Source: Syntrophomonadaceae bacterium | GTDB taxonomy: Bacteria > Bacteroidota > Ignavibacteria > Ignavibacteriales > SURF-24 | Length of the DNA stretch: 64,000 nucleotides | Direction of reading: 5' to 3' | Assembly (NCBI GenBank): GCA_050259615.1 | Contig: JBLNAZ010000014.1 | Span: 9,952-73,951 of the forward strand | In this document: positions 35,905 through 45,418 of the stretch, in pieces | How the letters are laid out: each line of letters opens with the position of its first letter | Position numbering within the stretch: position 1 is the stretch's first letter | Program-made: the position numbers and the translations under genes | Notes under the pieces: model-generated | Databases searched by the model: none | Seen by the model: only the letters and a program-made list of their open reading frames with translations | What the model was told of the DNA's origin: nothing

Positions 35905-36312
35905 ATGAAAATCAAACTAACCATACTTTTCGTCCTCTTCGCGGCTTTTTGTGCCGGAACACTTCTGGCAGGCGCTTATGTCTTTGATTTTAAGGCATTA
36001 ATAGACGGCGATAACATTAAGGTTGAATGGAGAACTACAGAGGAAAGCAACCTTCAGTATTTTGCTATTGAAAGAAAGCCTGGCAACAGTTCGGATTTTC
36101 ATGAGATAACAAGAGTTGCCCCGAGAGGCAGTAACTCATATTATTCATTTACAGACCAGTCTGCTTACAAACCAACTGACAGTTTTTATACTTATCGGCT
36201 TGCAATTTATGAACAAAGCGGAAAAGTCAACTATATTGAAGCACCAGGCGTCTCGCACTCAGTCTCAGGCGTTAAACGCACCTGGGGCAGCATCAAAGCA
36301 ATGTTCAGATGA
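35905..36312 (+). CDS. Small secreted/anchored FN3-like protein ending in TWGSIKAMFR
   Basis: 135-aa ORF with an N-terminal hydrophobic segment (LTILFVLFAAFCAGTLLAGA) and one Ig/FN3-like module (IKVEWRTTEESNLQYFAIERK...YTYRLAIYE). Confidence 0.55.
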   Translation: MKIKLTILFVLFAAFCAGTLLAGAYVFDFKALIDGDNIKVEWRTTEESNLQYFAIERKPGNSSDFHEITRVAPRGSNSYYSFTDQSAYKPTDSFYTYRLAIYEQSGKVNYIEAPGVSHSVSGVKRTWGSIKAMFR

Positions 36313-36367
36313 AACATATTCTTTGCCCTGTTCTCTCTTAAACCGCCCATTTTTCAGATTCCTTAAA

Positions 36368-37606
36368 ATGACCGAGTTTCTTTCTTTTATTCTGCTTTCA
36401 CTGCTCTTAGTACAGTGCTCGGCACCATCAAGATTTAATAAAACCGCATTCAGCAGAAAAGATGAATCCTCTTTAGTCCGCGTCCTTTTGGATGATGACC
36501 TTCAGAAGAAAACCGTGTCTTTTGATGCTCCCGTAGTCCTTAGAAACGGCCAGGAGAAAATCTTAAATATTAATGCCGGCGAAAAGTTCTCGCTGTCGGC
36601 CGATGAGAAGGGAATTTCTCTGAAAATGGGAAAGAAAAAGTATTCCATCGACCTGTGCGATATCGAGCCGGAGCCCGGTGAAGAGTTTTTAACTTATAAA
36701 GGTAAATCCTATAAAGGTAATTTTTCTGTTCTCAATTCACAGGGGAAACTCCTGCTGGTAAATTCGCTCGGACTTGAAGACTACCTGAAAGGGGTTCTTT
36801 ATTCGGAAATGGGTGTTGCCTCTGCTAAGGAAGATGATCTGGAGGCGCTCAAGGCCTTTGCCGTCTGTGCCAGAAACTATACCGTCTTGAAACTTGAACA
36901 GCCGGGAAGCCGCCAGTTTGACCTTTATTCCGATACCCGCGACCAGGTTTACGATGGCTCTCATCCTTCAAAAACACTCATTAACCGTGCAGTTGATGAA
37001 ACCCGGAACCTTATTCTGAAGTATAACGGACAGCCTGCTGCGGTTTTCTATTTTTCTTCATGCGGAGGCAGGACTGAAAATGCTGATTATGTTTTCAGAC
37101 AGAAGGGTATACCTTACCTTAAAGGGGTTGAGGAGGGGGATGATCCTTTCTGCCGGATTGCTCCTGGATATGAGTGGCAGGAAAGCTATTCGCAGCAGGA
37201 GATCCTTAACTGCCTTACAGGCGCGGGTTACATTAAAAAAGGGGAATACGCGGTTAAAAATATAGAAATAAAAAGCAGGTTCGAATCAGGACGTGTAAAT
37301 GAGCTGGTAATTTCTCTGGAAGACAGCGATAGGGCAGCTCTGGATGTTGTTATAATAGGCAATAAAATACGCTATGCAATCCGATCCAAAGCGTCAAAAA
37401 GCCTCCTTAAAAGCACCATGTTCGACATTAAACCGGTTTTTGAAGACGGCAGCCTTGTAAAAGTTACTTTTCAGGGCCGCGGTAATGGCCACGGCGTGGG
37501 CCTCTGCCAGTGGGGTGCAATCGGGCAGTCGAGAAAAGGCAGAAAATTTGAGGACATATTGAACTTTTATTTCCCGGGAACAGAATTAGGTGAGATGGAA
37601 CAATGA
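36368..37606 (+). CDS. SpoIID/LytB-domain protein (peptidoglycan remodelling / amidase enhancer family)
   Basis: ORF from 36116, but ATG 36368 gives the signal/lipoprotein-like MTEFLSFILLSLLLVQCS. SpoIID motifs are present (LEDYLKGVL.SEM, EALKAFAVCARNY, FYFSSCGGRTEN, GNGHGVGLCQWGA). Confidence 0.8.
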   Translation: MTEFLSFILLSLLLVQCSAPSRFNKTAFSRKDESSLVRVLLDDDLQKKTVSFDAPVVLRNGQEKILNINAGEKFSLSADEKGISLKMGKKKYSIDLCDIEPEPGEEFLTYKGKSYKGNFSVLNSQGKLLLVNSLGLEDYLKGVLYSEMGVASAKEDDLEALKAFAVCARNYTVLKLEQPGSRQFDLYSDTRDQVYDGSHPSKTLINRAVDETRNLILKYNGQPAAVFYFSSCGGRTENADYVFRQKGIPYLKGVEEGDDPFCRIAPGYEWQESYSQQEILNCLTGAGYIKKGEYAVKNIEIKSRFESGRVNELVISLEDSDRAALDVVIIGNKIRYAIRSKASKSLLKSTMFDIKPVFEDGSLVKVTFQGRGNGHGVGLCQWGAIGQSRKGRKFEDILNFYFPGTELGEMEQ

Positions 37607-38181
37607 TTAAGACCAATTTGCCGGTTTACCTGGCTTCAAAATCTCCAAGAAGAAAACATCTTCTGGAACTGCTGAACCTTAAGTTTGAAACCTTCAGCGT
37701 GGATCTGAATGAGGAAATTCTGGACGGGGAACACCCGGTTAAAACAGTGAAAAGACTTTCCGGACAGAAGCTTGAAGCAGCACGGAAAAGGGTTTCTGAG
37801 GGAATAATCATTACTGCAGACACAATCGTGGTGCTTGAGGAGCAGATTATTGGTAAACCCAAAGATGAGGCCGATGCCGAAAGAATACTGAAATTCCTAA
37901 GCGGCAAGACTCACGCCGTTTATACCGGCTTTGCAGTATGTAATACTGAAAAAAATATTACGCTCATTGAATATGAAAAAACACTTGTTACTTTCCGCCG
38001 CCTGGAAAAAGAGGAGATACTGGACTATATAAAGTCGGGCAGCCCAATGGATAAGGCCGGAGCCTACGGAATACAGGATGATTTTGGTGCCGTTTTTGTC
38101 CGCAGAATAGACGGCTGCTATTATAACGTTGTCGGCCTGCCTTTAACCAGGCTCTACGATACATTAAAAAGAGTTATTTAA
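37603..38181 (+). CDS. maf: Maf-family nucleoside-triphosphate pyrophosphatase (septum formation protein Maf)
   Basis: 192-aa ORF with LASKSPRRKHLLELL, ADTIV and KAGAYGIQD motifs. Its start overlaps the upstream stop (ATGA). Confidence 0.85.
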   Translation: MIKTNLPVYLASKSPRRKHLLELLNLKFETFSVDLNEEILDGEHPVKTVKRLSGQKLEAARKRVSEGIIITADTIVVLEEQIIGKPKDEADAERILKFLSGKTHAVYTGFAVCNTEKNITLIEYEKTLVTFRRLEKEEILDYIKSGSPMDKAGAYGIQDDFGAVFVRRIDGCYYNVVGLPLTRLYDTLKRVI

Positions 38182-38190
38182 GAGGATAAA

Positions 38191-39156
38191 GTGTTAGAAA
38201 AAGTTAAAAAGAATATATTCCGCTCCCTCGCAGTTGCAGCAATCCTTTACCTGGCCTTTACTGTATATGCCGATTACAGAAATGTTATTTCGGCATTCGC
38301 CAGGTTCAACTGGCTCCTGCTGCCCCTCCTTCTGGCACTTTCTTTTGTGAACTACCTTACAAGATTCTATAAGTGGGATTACTATCTTAAAATTCTGAAA
38401 GTTAGGATTTCCAGAACAGATTCCTTTGCCATTTTCATGTCGGGACTCATAATGAGCGTTACCCCGGGAAAGATGGGGGAGCTTTTGAAGTCATACCTGG
38501 TCAAGCAGATCTCAAATGAGCCGATCAGTAAAACCGCGCCAATTATAATGGTTGAAAGGATTACAGATTTTATTTCACTCGTTCTGCTGGCTTTGTTAGG
38601 TGCCTACGTGTTTAATTACGGCCGTATAATTGTAATTGGTACAGGTATATTTTTTCTTTTAGTTACTCTTGTAATAAGCCATAAGAGGCTCTCATTTTAT
38701 CTGATTGACTTAATTGTTAATATCGGGTTTCTGAAAAAACACGGGAAAAGGATACGCACGGCGTATGAAAGTGTTTATCTTTTACTGCGCCCGCTGCCAT
38801 TATTCTATATGGTTGTATTAAGTTTTTTCTCTTGGTTTCTCGAATGTTTGGGTTATTACATAATTCTTTTTAATTTTGGAATTCATTTTAATATTCTCTG
38901 GCCGACATTTGTTTACACGTTTTCAACAATTGCCGGTGCAATAACAATGCTGCCGGGGGGACTGGGTGTTACAGACGGCTCACTGACATTTTTATTAATA
39001 AGAAATAAAGTGCCCAAAGACATTGCCGTATCTTCTACCTTTATTATAAGGGCAGTTACGCTTTGGTTCGCGGTCCTGATTGGTGTCATCAGTGTTTCAT
39101 TTTATCAACATCGATATGGTAATATATCAGTTGAAACTTCAATAAATAATTCATAG
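38191..39156 (+). CDS. Flippase-like (UPF0104 / LPG-synthase-TM family) membrane protein
   Basis: 321-aa polytopic ORF with a GTG start, a [13 protein letters not shown] motif and a late PGGLGVTDG motif typical of this family. Confidence 0.7.
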   Translation: MLEKVKKNIFRSLAVAAILYLAFTVYADYRNVISAFARFNWLLLPLLLALSFVNYLTRFYKWDYYLKILKVRISRTDSFAIFMSGLIMSVTPGKMGELLKSYLVKQISNEPISKTAPIIMVERITDFISLVLLALLGAYVFNYGRIIVIGTGIFFLLVTLVISHKRLSFYLIDLIVNIGFLKKHGKRIRTAYESVYLLLRPLPLFYMVVLSFFSWFLECLGYYIILFNFGIHFNILWPTFVYTFSTIAGAITMLPGGLGVTDGSLTFLLIRNKVPKDIAVSSTFIIRAVTLWFAVLIGVISVSFYQHRYGNISVETSINNS

Positions 39157-39167
39157 GAGAATTCGCC

Positions 39168-40421
39168 ATGGCAAAATTTAAGAACATTAGCATCCCTAGC
39201 GAAGGTGCTAAGATTACCATTCAGAATGACAAACTGGTCGTTCCTGATAACCCGATTATTCCTTTTATAGAGGGTGACGGTACGGGTCCGGATATCTGGA
39301 AAGCTTCAAAGGTCGTCTTTGATGCCGCAGTTCAGAAAGCTTACAAGGGTAAAAGAAAAATCTCGTGGATGGAAGTTTATGCCGGCGAGAAAGCAACTAA
39401 AGTTTACGGAAAGAACCAGTGGCTTCCGAATGAAACAATTAAAGCAATAGGTGAGTACGTTGTTGCAATTAAAGGCCCCCTTACAACCCCGATCGGCGGC
39501 GGAATCAGAAGCCTTAACGTTACATTAAGACAGAAGCTCGACCTGTTTGCATGCGTAAGACCCGTTAAGTACTACGCAGGAACACCAAGCCCGATGAAAC
39601 GCCCCCAGGACCTCGATATCGTTTTGTTCAGGGAAAACACCGAAGACGTTTATGCAGGAATTGAATTTAAGGCAGGATCCAAAGAAGCCAATAAAATAAT
39701 TGAAATGCTCGAAAAGGATATGAAGAAGGAAGTCCGCCCCAACTCAGGAATCGGTATTAAGCCTATGAGCGAATTCGGTTCAGCACGACTTTTTAAGAAA
39801 GCAATGGACTATGCTATTGCCAACGGACGAAAGAGCGTAACTATTGTTCATAAAGGCAACATTATGAAGTTTACTGAAGGCTCATTCAAGGAATGGTGCT
39901 ACAAGGCTGCAAAAGGGGATTATGCAGGTATAATTGTAACTGAAGATGAACTTTCTTCAAAATACAAGGGCAAAATGCCCGAAGGCAAAATCCTTGTTAA
40001 GGACAGAATTGCAGACAGCATGTTCCAGCAGCTTTTATTAAGACCTGCCGAATATGACGTCGTTGCCACACCTAACCTTAACGGCGATTACCTTTCGGAT
40101 GCAGCTGCGGCCCAGGTTGGCGGACTTGGTATTGCACCGGGTGCCAATATCAGCTACCATGTGGCTCTTTTTGAAGCTACGCACGGTACAGCTCCCAAAT
40201 ATGCCGGACTCGATAAGATCAATCCGGGTTCAGTCATTCTTTCCGGCGTTATGATGCTGGAATATATGGGCTGGAATGAAGCTGCAGCCCTTATTGAAAA
40301 GGCAATGACCAGGACAATTAAGTCAAAAGTTGTGACATATGACTTTGCAAGGCTCATGACAGGAGCAAAAGAAGTAAAATCTTCACAATTTGCCCGTGCA
40401 ATTGTAGACAATATGAAGTAA
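39168..40421 (+). CDS. icd: NADP-dependent isocitrate dehydrogenase (homodimeric type)
   Basis: 417-aa ORF with [41 protein letters not shown] and [12 protein letters not shown] motifs. AGGAGA SD is present. Confidence 0.95.
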   Translation: MAKFKNISIPSEGAKITIQNDKLVVPDNPIIPFIEGDGTGPDIWKASKVVFDAAVQKAYKGKRKISWMEVYAGEKATKVYGKNQWLPNETIKAIGEYVVAIKGPLTTPIGGGIRSLNVTLRQKLDLFACVRPVKYYAGTPSPMKRPQDLDIVLFRENTEDVYAGIEFKAGSKEANKIIEMLEKDMKKEVRPNSGIGIKPMSEFGSARLFKKAMDYAIANGRKSVTIVHKGNIMKFTEGSFKEWCYKAAKGDYAGIIVTEDELSSKYKGKMPEGKILVKDRIADSMFQQLLLRPAEYDVVATPNLNGDYLSDAAAAQVGGLGIAPGANISYHVALFEATHGTAPKYAGLDKINPGSVILSGVMMLEYMGWNEAAALIEKAMTRTIKSKVVTYDFARLMTGAKEVKSSQFARAIVDNMK

Positions 40422-40442
40422 ATTTGATATAATATAAAATAA

Positions 40443-40495
40443 ATAAGTCCACTTTATCCTTTATGTTGATTTTCAAAAGTGGACTTATTATTTTA
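40443..40495 (+). terminator. Stem-loop terminator after icd
   Basis: 13-bp stem ataagtccacttt / aaagtggacttat with a 20-nt loop, followed by tattatttt. Confidence 0.55.
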
Positions 40496-40525
40496 ACAAA
40501 ACTATTATAAAACTGAGGAGGCACT

Positions 40526-40909
40526 ATGTCTAGGGATAACGGTCTTGGAAAAGGATTATTGATAGGAATACTGACCGGTTCAGTTGTTGGTTCAATCATT
40601 GCTCTCCTGTACGCTCCAAAAAGCGGCAAAGAACTGCGAAAGGACATAAAGGAAAAAACCGACGAATTTATGGGTGAGGCAGAGCAGTACCTTGCCGAGG
40701 CAAAAGTAAAAGCCGTGGAAATGATCAACGACGGAAAAAAAAAATCCGAAAAGCTGATTTCTGATGCCAGAGTAAAAGTAGAGGGCTTGCTTCAGGATGC
40801 TGAGAAGGTTCTTGACAATGCAAAGAATATGGCTGGAGATGAAGGCGATAAGTTAAAAAGCGCTTTCAAAGCCGGGCTCGATGCATACAAGAATGAACAG
40901 AAACCTTAA
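40526..40909 (+). CDS. YtxH-domain protein
   Basis: 127 aa. GLLIGILTGSVVGSIIALLYAPKSGKELRKDIKEK is the YtxH signature. The C-terminus is helical. GGAGG SD is present. Confidence 0.8.
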   Translation: MSRDNGLGKGLLIGILTGSVVGSIIALLYAPKSGKELRKDIKEKTDEFMGEAEQYLAEAKVKAVEMINDGKKKSEKLISDARVKVEGLLQDAEKVLDNAKNMAGDEGDKLKSAFKAGLDAYKNEQKP

Positions 40910-41053
40910 CACCCGGAATGCAACTATTTTTTGCTGGCAGAATATTTTCTGATGCGGCATCTCTTTTAAATTCAGGTGTAACGGATCTTAAAAGGAGGAG
41001 TCTTAATATTAATTTAACTTAAAGCCTCGTCATTAAGGCAGGGAGATTGAACT

Positions 41054-41446
41054 ATGGATACAGCGTTGAATATCTTTCTGATTATATTGCTGATTTCGGC
41101 TTCCATTCTGTGCATTTATCTTGTAATTACGCTCAAACAGGTTACAAAGACAATTGCGGCCCTTCAGAAGGACGTCGAACAGATAAAGGGAAACGTGGAA
41201 CCTATTCTTGCAAACGTAAATATCATTACGGGAAAGGTGGCACTGGTTACCGAAGAGGTTGAATCTGTCATATCGGCTGTAAAATTATTAATCGAAAACT
41301 TAAAGGATAAAGCTGAAGATCTTCTGGACAAAACTAAACGAATCAAAGCAAGTGTGGGAGATAGTCCGGGGGGAGATGTTTTCAGGAAAGTAGTTGGAAT
41401 TTCCCGCGGAATATCTGCCTTTTGGAGTACTCTAAAAAATAAATAA
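41054..41446 (+). CDS. DUF948-domain membrane-anchored protein
   Basis: 130 aa with an N-terminal TM (IFLIILLISASILCIYLVITL) followed by a helical K/E-rich region with DUF948-like layout. Confidence 0.65.
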   Translation: MDTALNIFLIILLISASILCIYLVITLKQVTKTIAALQKDVEQIKGNVEPILANVNIITGKVALVTEEVESVISAVKLLIENLKDKAEDLLDKTKRIKASVGDSPGGDVFRKVVGISRGISAFWSTLKNK

Positions 41447-41481
41447 ATTAAGGGTAATTTTTAATTTAGTGGAGGTCTCAC

Positions 41482-43572
41482 TTGAAAGAATACGGATCGG
41501 ATTCTATCCGGAATATTGCGTTCATCGGTCATGGCGGAAGCGGAAAAACTTCTTTATCTGAATTGATTCTGTTCACTGGTGGTGAAATTAATCGTATTGG
41601 CAAGGTTGAAGAAGGCAATACGACTTCGGATTATAATGCCAATGAGATCGAAAGACAAATCTCTATTACTTCTACTCCTCTTCATATCGAATGGAATAAT
41701 ACAAAAATCAACATTTTAGATACACCCGGTTATTCAGACTTTATTGGGCAGGTAAAAAGTGCTCTCCATATTGCTGATACTGCTGTTGCTGTTTTGAAAT
41801 CCGCAGAAGGTGTTGAAGTCGGTTCGGAATCTACCTGGAATTTTGTGAGGGAATACAATCTGCCTGCGGCGGTTCTGATCAATAAAGTTGATAATGAACA
41901 TTCAAAATTCAGCCAGACAATTGAAATGGCTAAGGAAAGATTGTCCCCTGATGTTACCGCAGTTACTTTACCTGCAAAAGAAGGTGTAAATTTTGATACT
42001 GTTATTGATCTTATCAGTATGAAAGCTTATACCTACGCTCCTGCAGGATCGAAGAAGGTAACGGAGTGCGAAATTCCTGCCGACATGAAGTCTGATGCTG
42101 AAACGATGAGGGAAGCTCTCATTGAAAAAGTTGCTGAAAGTGATGAGGACCTGTTAAATAAGTTTTTTGAAAATGGCACCCTTACCGAAGAAGAACTCCA
42201 GAAAGGGCTCAAAACGGCAGTCCTTAAAAGAGGTATCGTTCCTGCCTTTGCAGTCTCTGCTATAAATGGCGTCGGCATTAATAACTTCCTGGACTTTACA
42301 TCCAAATATTTACCTTCACCGGCCGAAAGGGATAATGTTGAAGGCAAGTTTAAGGATAAGGAACAGAAAGTTTCTGTTCCTGTTAACGATAAAGGCGAAC
42401 CCGTTCTTTTTGTATTCAAGACTTTATCAGAGTCGCACGTTGGTGAACTTTCTGTTTTTAAGGTATTCTCGGGCACCATTCAGGCAGGCCTGGATCTTAT
42501 GAACGAAAATAACGGCAAGTCGGAAAGGTTAAGCCAGCTTTTCTATCTGAACGGCAAGAACAGAAAGGATGCTTCAAAAATCCACGCCGGCGATATCGGC
42601 GCTGTAGTAAAATTAAAGGATACACATACAAACAATACTCTCTCTTCAAAGAGTTTTCCGGTTATACTTAACCCTATTAAATTCCCTGATGCAATCATAA
42701 GCAGTGCAATTATTCCAAAGTCCAAGGGCGACGAAGATAAGATTTCTGCAGGCCTGCATACGCTGCACGAGGAAGATCCTACCTTCGGCGTAAAGTTTGA
42801 CCCTGAACTGAGCCAGACTATAGTTTCAGGCCAGGGTGAACTCCAGCTTTCTCTGGCAGTTAAACTCCTTAAGGACCGTTACGGTGTGGACGTTGACCTT
42901 GCTGAACCCAGAATCCCGTACCGCGAAACTATTAAGGGCGTCTGCGAAAACGTTGAATACAAGCACAAAAAACAGTCCGGCGGACGCGGCCAGTACGGCC
43001 ACGTTGTTATGAAACTTGAACCGCTGCCAAGAGGTACCGGCTTTGAATTCGTTAACGGCATCGTGGGCGGTGTTATTCCCGGCAGATTTATTCCTGCTGT
43101 TGAAAAAGGCATCATTGAAACAATGCAGAGGGGTATTCTTACAGGTTCAAAAGTTATTGACATAAAGGCTACCTTGTTCTTCGGTTCATATCACGACGTT
43201 GACTCAGATGAAATGTCTTTTAAGATAGCTGGCTCACAGGGTTTCAAGAAAGGCTTTATGGAAGCTAAGCCTGTTCTTCTTGAACCGATCTACGAAGTTG
43301 AAGTAACCGTCCCTGAAGAGTTCATGGGTGACGTTATGGGCAACCTTTCAAGCCGCCGCGGTAAAATCCTCGGTATGGATTCAGAAGGACCCTTCCAGAT
43401 CATTAAGGCTAACGTCCCTCTTTCGGAACTCTACAGGTATTCAACACACTTAAGAAGCCTTACTTCAGGACGCGGACTTTACAAGATGAAATTCGCATTC
43501 TATGAGGAAGTTCCTAAAGAAGTTGAAGGAAAGGTCATCGAAGAGTACAAGAAATCAAAAGAAGAAGAGTAG
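41482..43572 (+). CDS. Elongation factor G paralog (EF-G2-like translational GTPase)
   Basis: 696-aa ORF with a TTG start and GGAGG SD. The G1 motif is GHGGSGKTS (canonical EF-G has AHIDAGKT), G3 is DTPGYSDF and G4 is NKVD. Domains II-V are alignable by eye (HKKQSGGRGQYGHV, GGVIP..FIPAVEKG). Confidence 0.85.
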   Translation: MKEYGSDSIRNIAFIGHGGSGKTSLSELILFTGGEINRIGKVEEGNTTSDYNANEIERQISITSTPLHIEWNNTKINILDTPGYSDFIGQVKSALHIADTAVAVLKSAEGVEVGSESTWNFVREYNLPAAVLINKVDNEHSKFSQTIEMAKERLSPDVTAVTLPAKEGVNFDTVIDLISMKAYTYAPAGSKKVTECEIPADMKSDAETMREALIEKVAESDEDLLNKFFENGTLTEEELQKGLKTAVLKRGIVPAFAVSAINGVGINNFLDFTSKYLPSPAERDNVEGKFKDKEQKVSVPVNDKGEPVLFVFKTLSESHVGELSVFKVFSGTIQAGLDLMNENNGKSERLSQLFYLNGKNRKDASKIHAGDIGAVVKLKDTHTNNTLSSKSFPVILNPIKFPDAIISSAIIPKSKGDEDKISAGLHTLHEEDPTFGVKFDPELSQTIVSGQGELQLSLAVKLLKDRYGVDVDLAEPRIPYRETIKGVCENVEYKHKKQSGGRGQYGHVVMKLEPLPRGTGFEFVNGIVGGVIPGRFIPAVEKGIIETMQRGILTGSKVIDIKATLFFGSYHDVDSDEMSFKIAGSQGFKKGFMEAKPVLLEPIYEVEVTVPEEFMGDVMGNLSSRRGKILGMDSEGPFQIIKANVPLSELYRYSTHLRSLTSGRGLYKMKFAFYEEVPKEVEGKVIEEYKKSKEEE

Positions 43573-43591
43573 TTTCTTTGGTCCTGTTTAT

Positions 43592-43625
43592 AAGGCGGAG
43601 GAAATTCTCTTCCGCCTTTTTTTTT
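43592..43625 (+). terminator. Rho-independent terminator after the EF-G paralog
   Basis: Hairpin aaggcgga...tccgcctt followed by a 9-T run. Confidence 0.7.
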
Positions 43626-43670
43626 ATGGTTTTGTAATTTTATTGAACTTAAATTAAGAAGAAGTGTAAT

Positions 43671-44186
43671 ATGAGGTCTGATATGGATAAACTCTGGTCT
43701 CCCTGGAGATCACTGTACATAGATTCATTTAAGGATGAAAAAAAATCCTCCGGCTGCATCTTCTGCGGCCAGAAGGATACAGACATAAACGATATGAATA
43801 ACCTCGTTGTTTATAAGGGGGAGCTCACATTTATTGTTCTCAACCTTTTTCCTTATAACAGCGGACACCTTATGGTTGTACCATACAGACATACAAACGA
43901 TTTTTCGAGCCTTTCAAAGGAGGAAAATCTCGAAGTAATGGAAAACCTTCAGCTTGCCGGCAAGGCTCTTGAAATTTCAATGAAGCCCCACGGCTTTAAT
44001 ATCGGGGCAAATATCGGAAAGGCCGCGGGAGCGGGAATAGACCAGCACATCCATTTCCACCTCGTCCCGAGATGGAACGGTGACATTAACTTTATGCCCG
44101 CTATTGGGGAAGTAAAGGTGATTTCACAGGACCTTCTGGAAACAAAGAAAAATCTCCTCAAGGCCTTTAAGGAACTGAAAAAATAA
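43671..44186 (+). CDS. HIT-family nucleotide hydrolase/phosphorylase
   Basis: 171-aa ORF with the histidine triad HIHFHLVPR and an upstream CIFC motif. An alternative start is at 43683. Confidence 0.8.
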   Translation: MRSDMDKLWSPWRSLYIDSFKDEKKSSGCIFCGQKDTDINDMNNLVVYKGELTFIVLNLFPYNSGHLMVVPYRHTNDFSSLSKEENLEVMENLQLAGKALEISMKPHGFNIGANIGKAAGAGIDQHIHFHLVPRWNGDINFMPAIGEVKVISQDLLETKKNLLKAFKELKK

Positions 44187-44187
44187 A

Positions 44188-45339
44188 ATGCCTGAAATTT
44201 TAATTGCTCCAAACAGCTTTAAGGAGTGTGCGGATTCTGTCAGGCTTACACGCCTGTTCCATGAAGCTCTTCAGAGTGAACTCTTAAACAGGTATAAGAC
44301 CAGGGACTTCCATCTCATAGATAAACCCGTTTCAGACGGCGGGGATGGATTCCTGAACGTCTGCACTGAAAATTTTCACCTTAAGAAAACGGATATTACG
44401 GTGCAGGCTCCATTTGAAGGCTCCACGGTAAAGACTTCTTACGGATATTCCGAAAAGAATAAATCCGTTTATATAGAATCGGCTGAAGTGCTTGGAATGA
44501 AGCTGATTCCGGAAGAAAAAAGACACCCTCTTGCTTTAAGTTCCAGGGGACTTGGTGAAATTCTGCTCCGGCTGCAAAATGATAAATCTTCAGGTAAACT
44601 GGATGTACGCAGGGTGGTTATTGGTATTGGAGGCACCGGAACGAGCGATTTCGGCATCGGTATGTTCTCAGTTTTGGGCTTAAAGCTTCTTGGTGCGGAT
44701 AAAATAGAGCTTAATCCGGTTCCTGAAAACTTCCGGCTTGTGGAAGAAATCATCTGGAAAAATCCGGCGCTCAATTTTGAAATTGAAGCCGTCCTGGACG
44801 TTAATACGCCGCTGCTGGGTGAAAAGGGGACGGCACGCATCTTTGCTCCCCAGAAAGGAGCATCGCCCGATGAAGTGGAAACACTTGAAAAAGGGCTCGA
44901 AAACATTGTAAATATTTTAAGCAAATGGAAGAATACCAGCGGACTCCCTGGAGCCGGGGGCGGCCTTGCCGGAGGTCTTCACTTTTTCCTCGATGCAGAA
45001 TATAAATTTGCACGGGACTTCTTAAGAGAAGACCTGGGCTTAAACCGCAGCAGATTAAAACCCGACCTTATTGTTACCGGCGAAGGATCATTTGACTCTC
45101 AGTCGATGATGCAGAAAGGAGTGTTTCTTATCCTGGATGAGTTTTTGCCAACCGGGGTGCCTCAGTTTGTCTGTGCCGGCAGGATTAAGGATATACCGGA
45201 TGAACTTAAACGGGAAAACGTCAAATTTATTGAAATTTCAAGGTTTTTCTCATCCCCCGGGGAATCCATGAGAAATATTGAAAAGGGAATCCGCCTTGCT
45301 TCGGAAGAAATTTTGAAAATTTATTTTAATAGGGCATAG
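44188..45339 (+). CDS. Glycerate kinase family protein
   Basis: 383-aa ORF with an N-terminal ILIAPNSFKECADS motif, VSDGGDGF and a late VTGEGSFDSQS motif. Confidence 0.75.
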   Translation: MPEILIAPNSFKECADSVRLTRLFHEALQSELLNRYKTRDFHLIDKPVSDGGDGFLNVCTENFHLKKTDITVQAPFEGSTVKTSYGYSEKNKSVYIESAEVLGMKLIPEEKRHPLALSSRGLGEILLRLQNDKSSGKLDVRRVVIGIGGTGTSDFGIGMFSVLGLKLLGADKIELNPVPENFRLVEEIIWKNPALNFEIEAVLDVNTPLLGEKGTARIFAPQKGASPDEVETLEKGLENIVNILSKWKNTSGLPGAGGGLAGGLHFFLDAEYKFARDFLREDLGLNRSRLKPDLIVTGEGSFDSQSMMQKGVFLILDEFLPTGVPQFVCAGRIKDIPDELKRENVKFIEISRFFSSPGESMRNIEKGIRLASEEILKIYFNRA

Positions 45340-45418
45340 ATTTTTTTATATTCATGTACCCGAAACTATTCTTGTTGGAGTTTATTTAGAACCAAGTTCT
45401 AGGATGAGAAAATAATTT

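Noticed and set aside
36116-36367. N-terminal 84-codon extension of the SpoIID-domain ORF overlapping the preceding gene
   Set aside because: The extension overlaps 35905-36312 in another frame and has no signal peptide. ATG 36368 yields a proper signal/lipoprotein-like N-terminus. The same logic was applied to the extensions at 48778, 46709, 24837, 21385, 20840, 14327 and 34038.
43592-43625. Similarity between the terminator hairpins at 43592 and 56161 (both GGCGGA.GA...TCTCTTCCGCC) considered as a dispersed repeat element
   Set aside because: There are only two copies, each positioned exactly as an intrinsic terminator, with short shared cores. This is most simply convergent terminator structure rather than a REP/MITE family.
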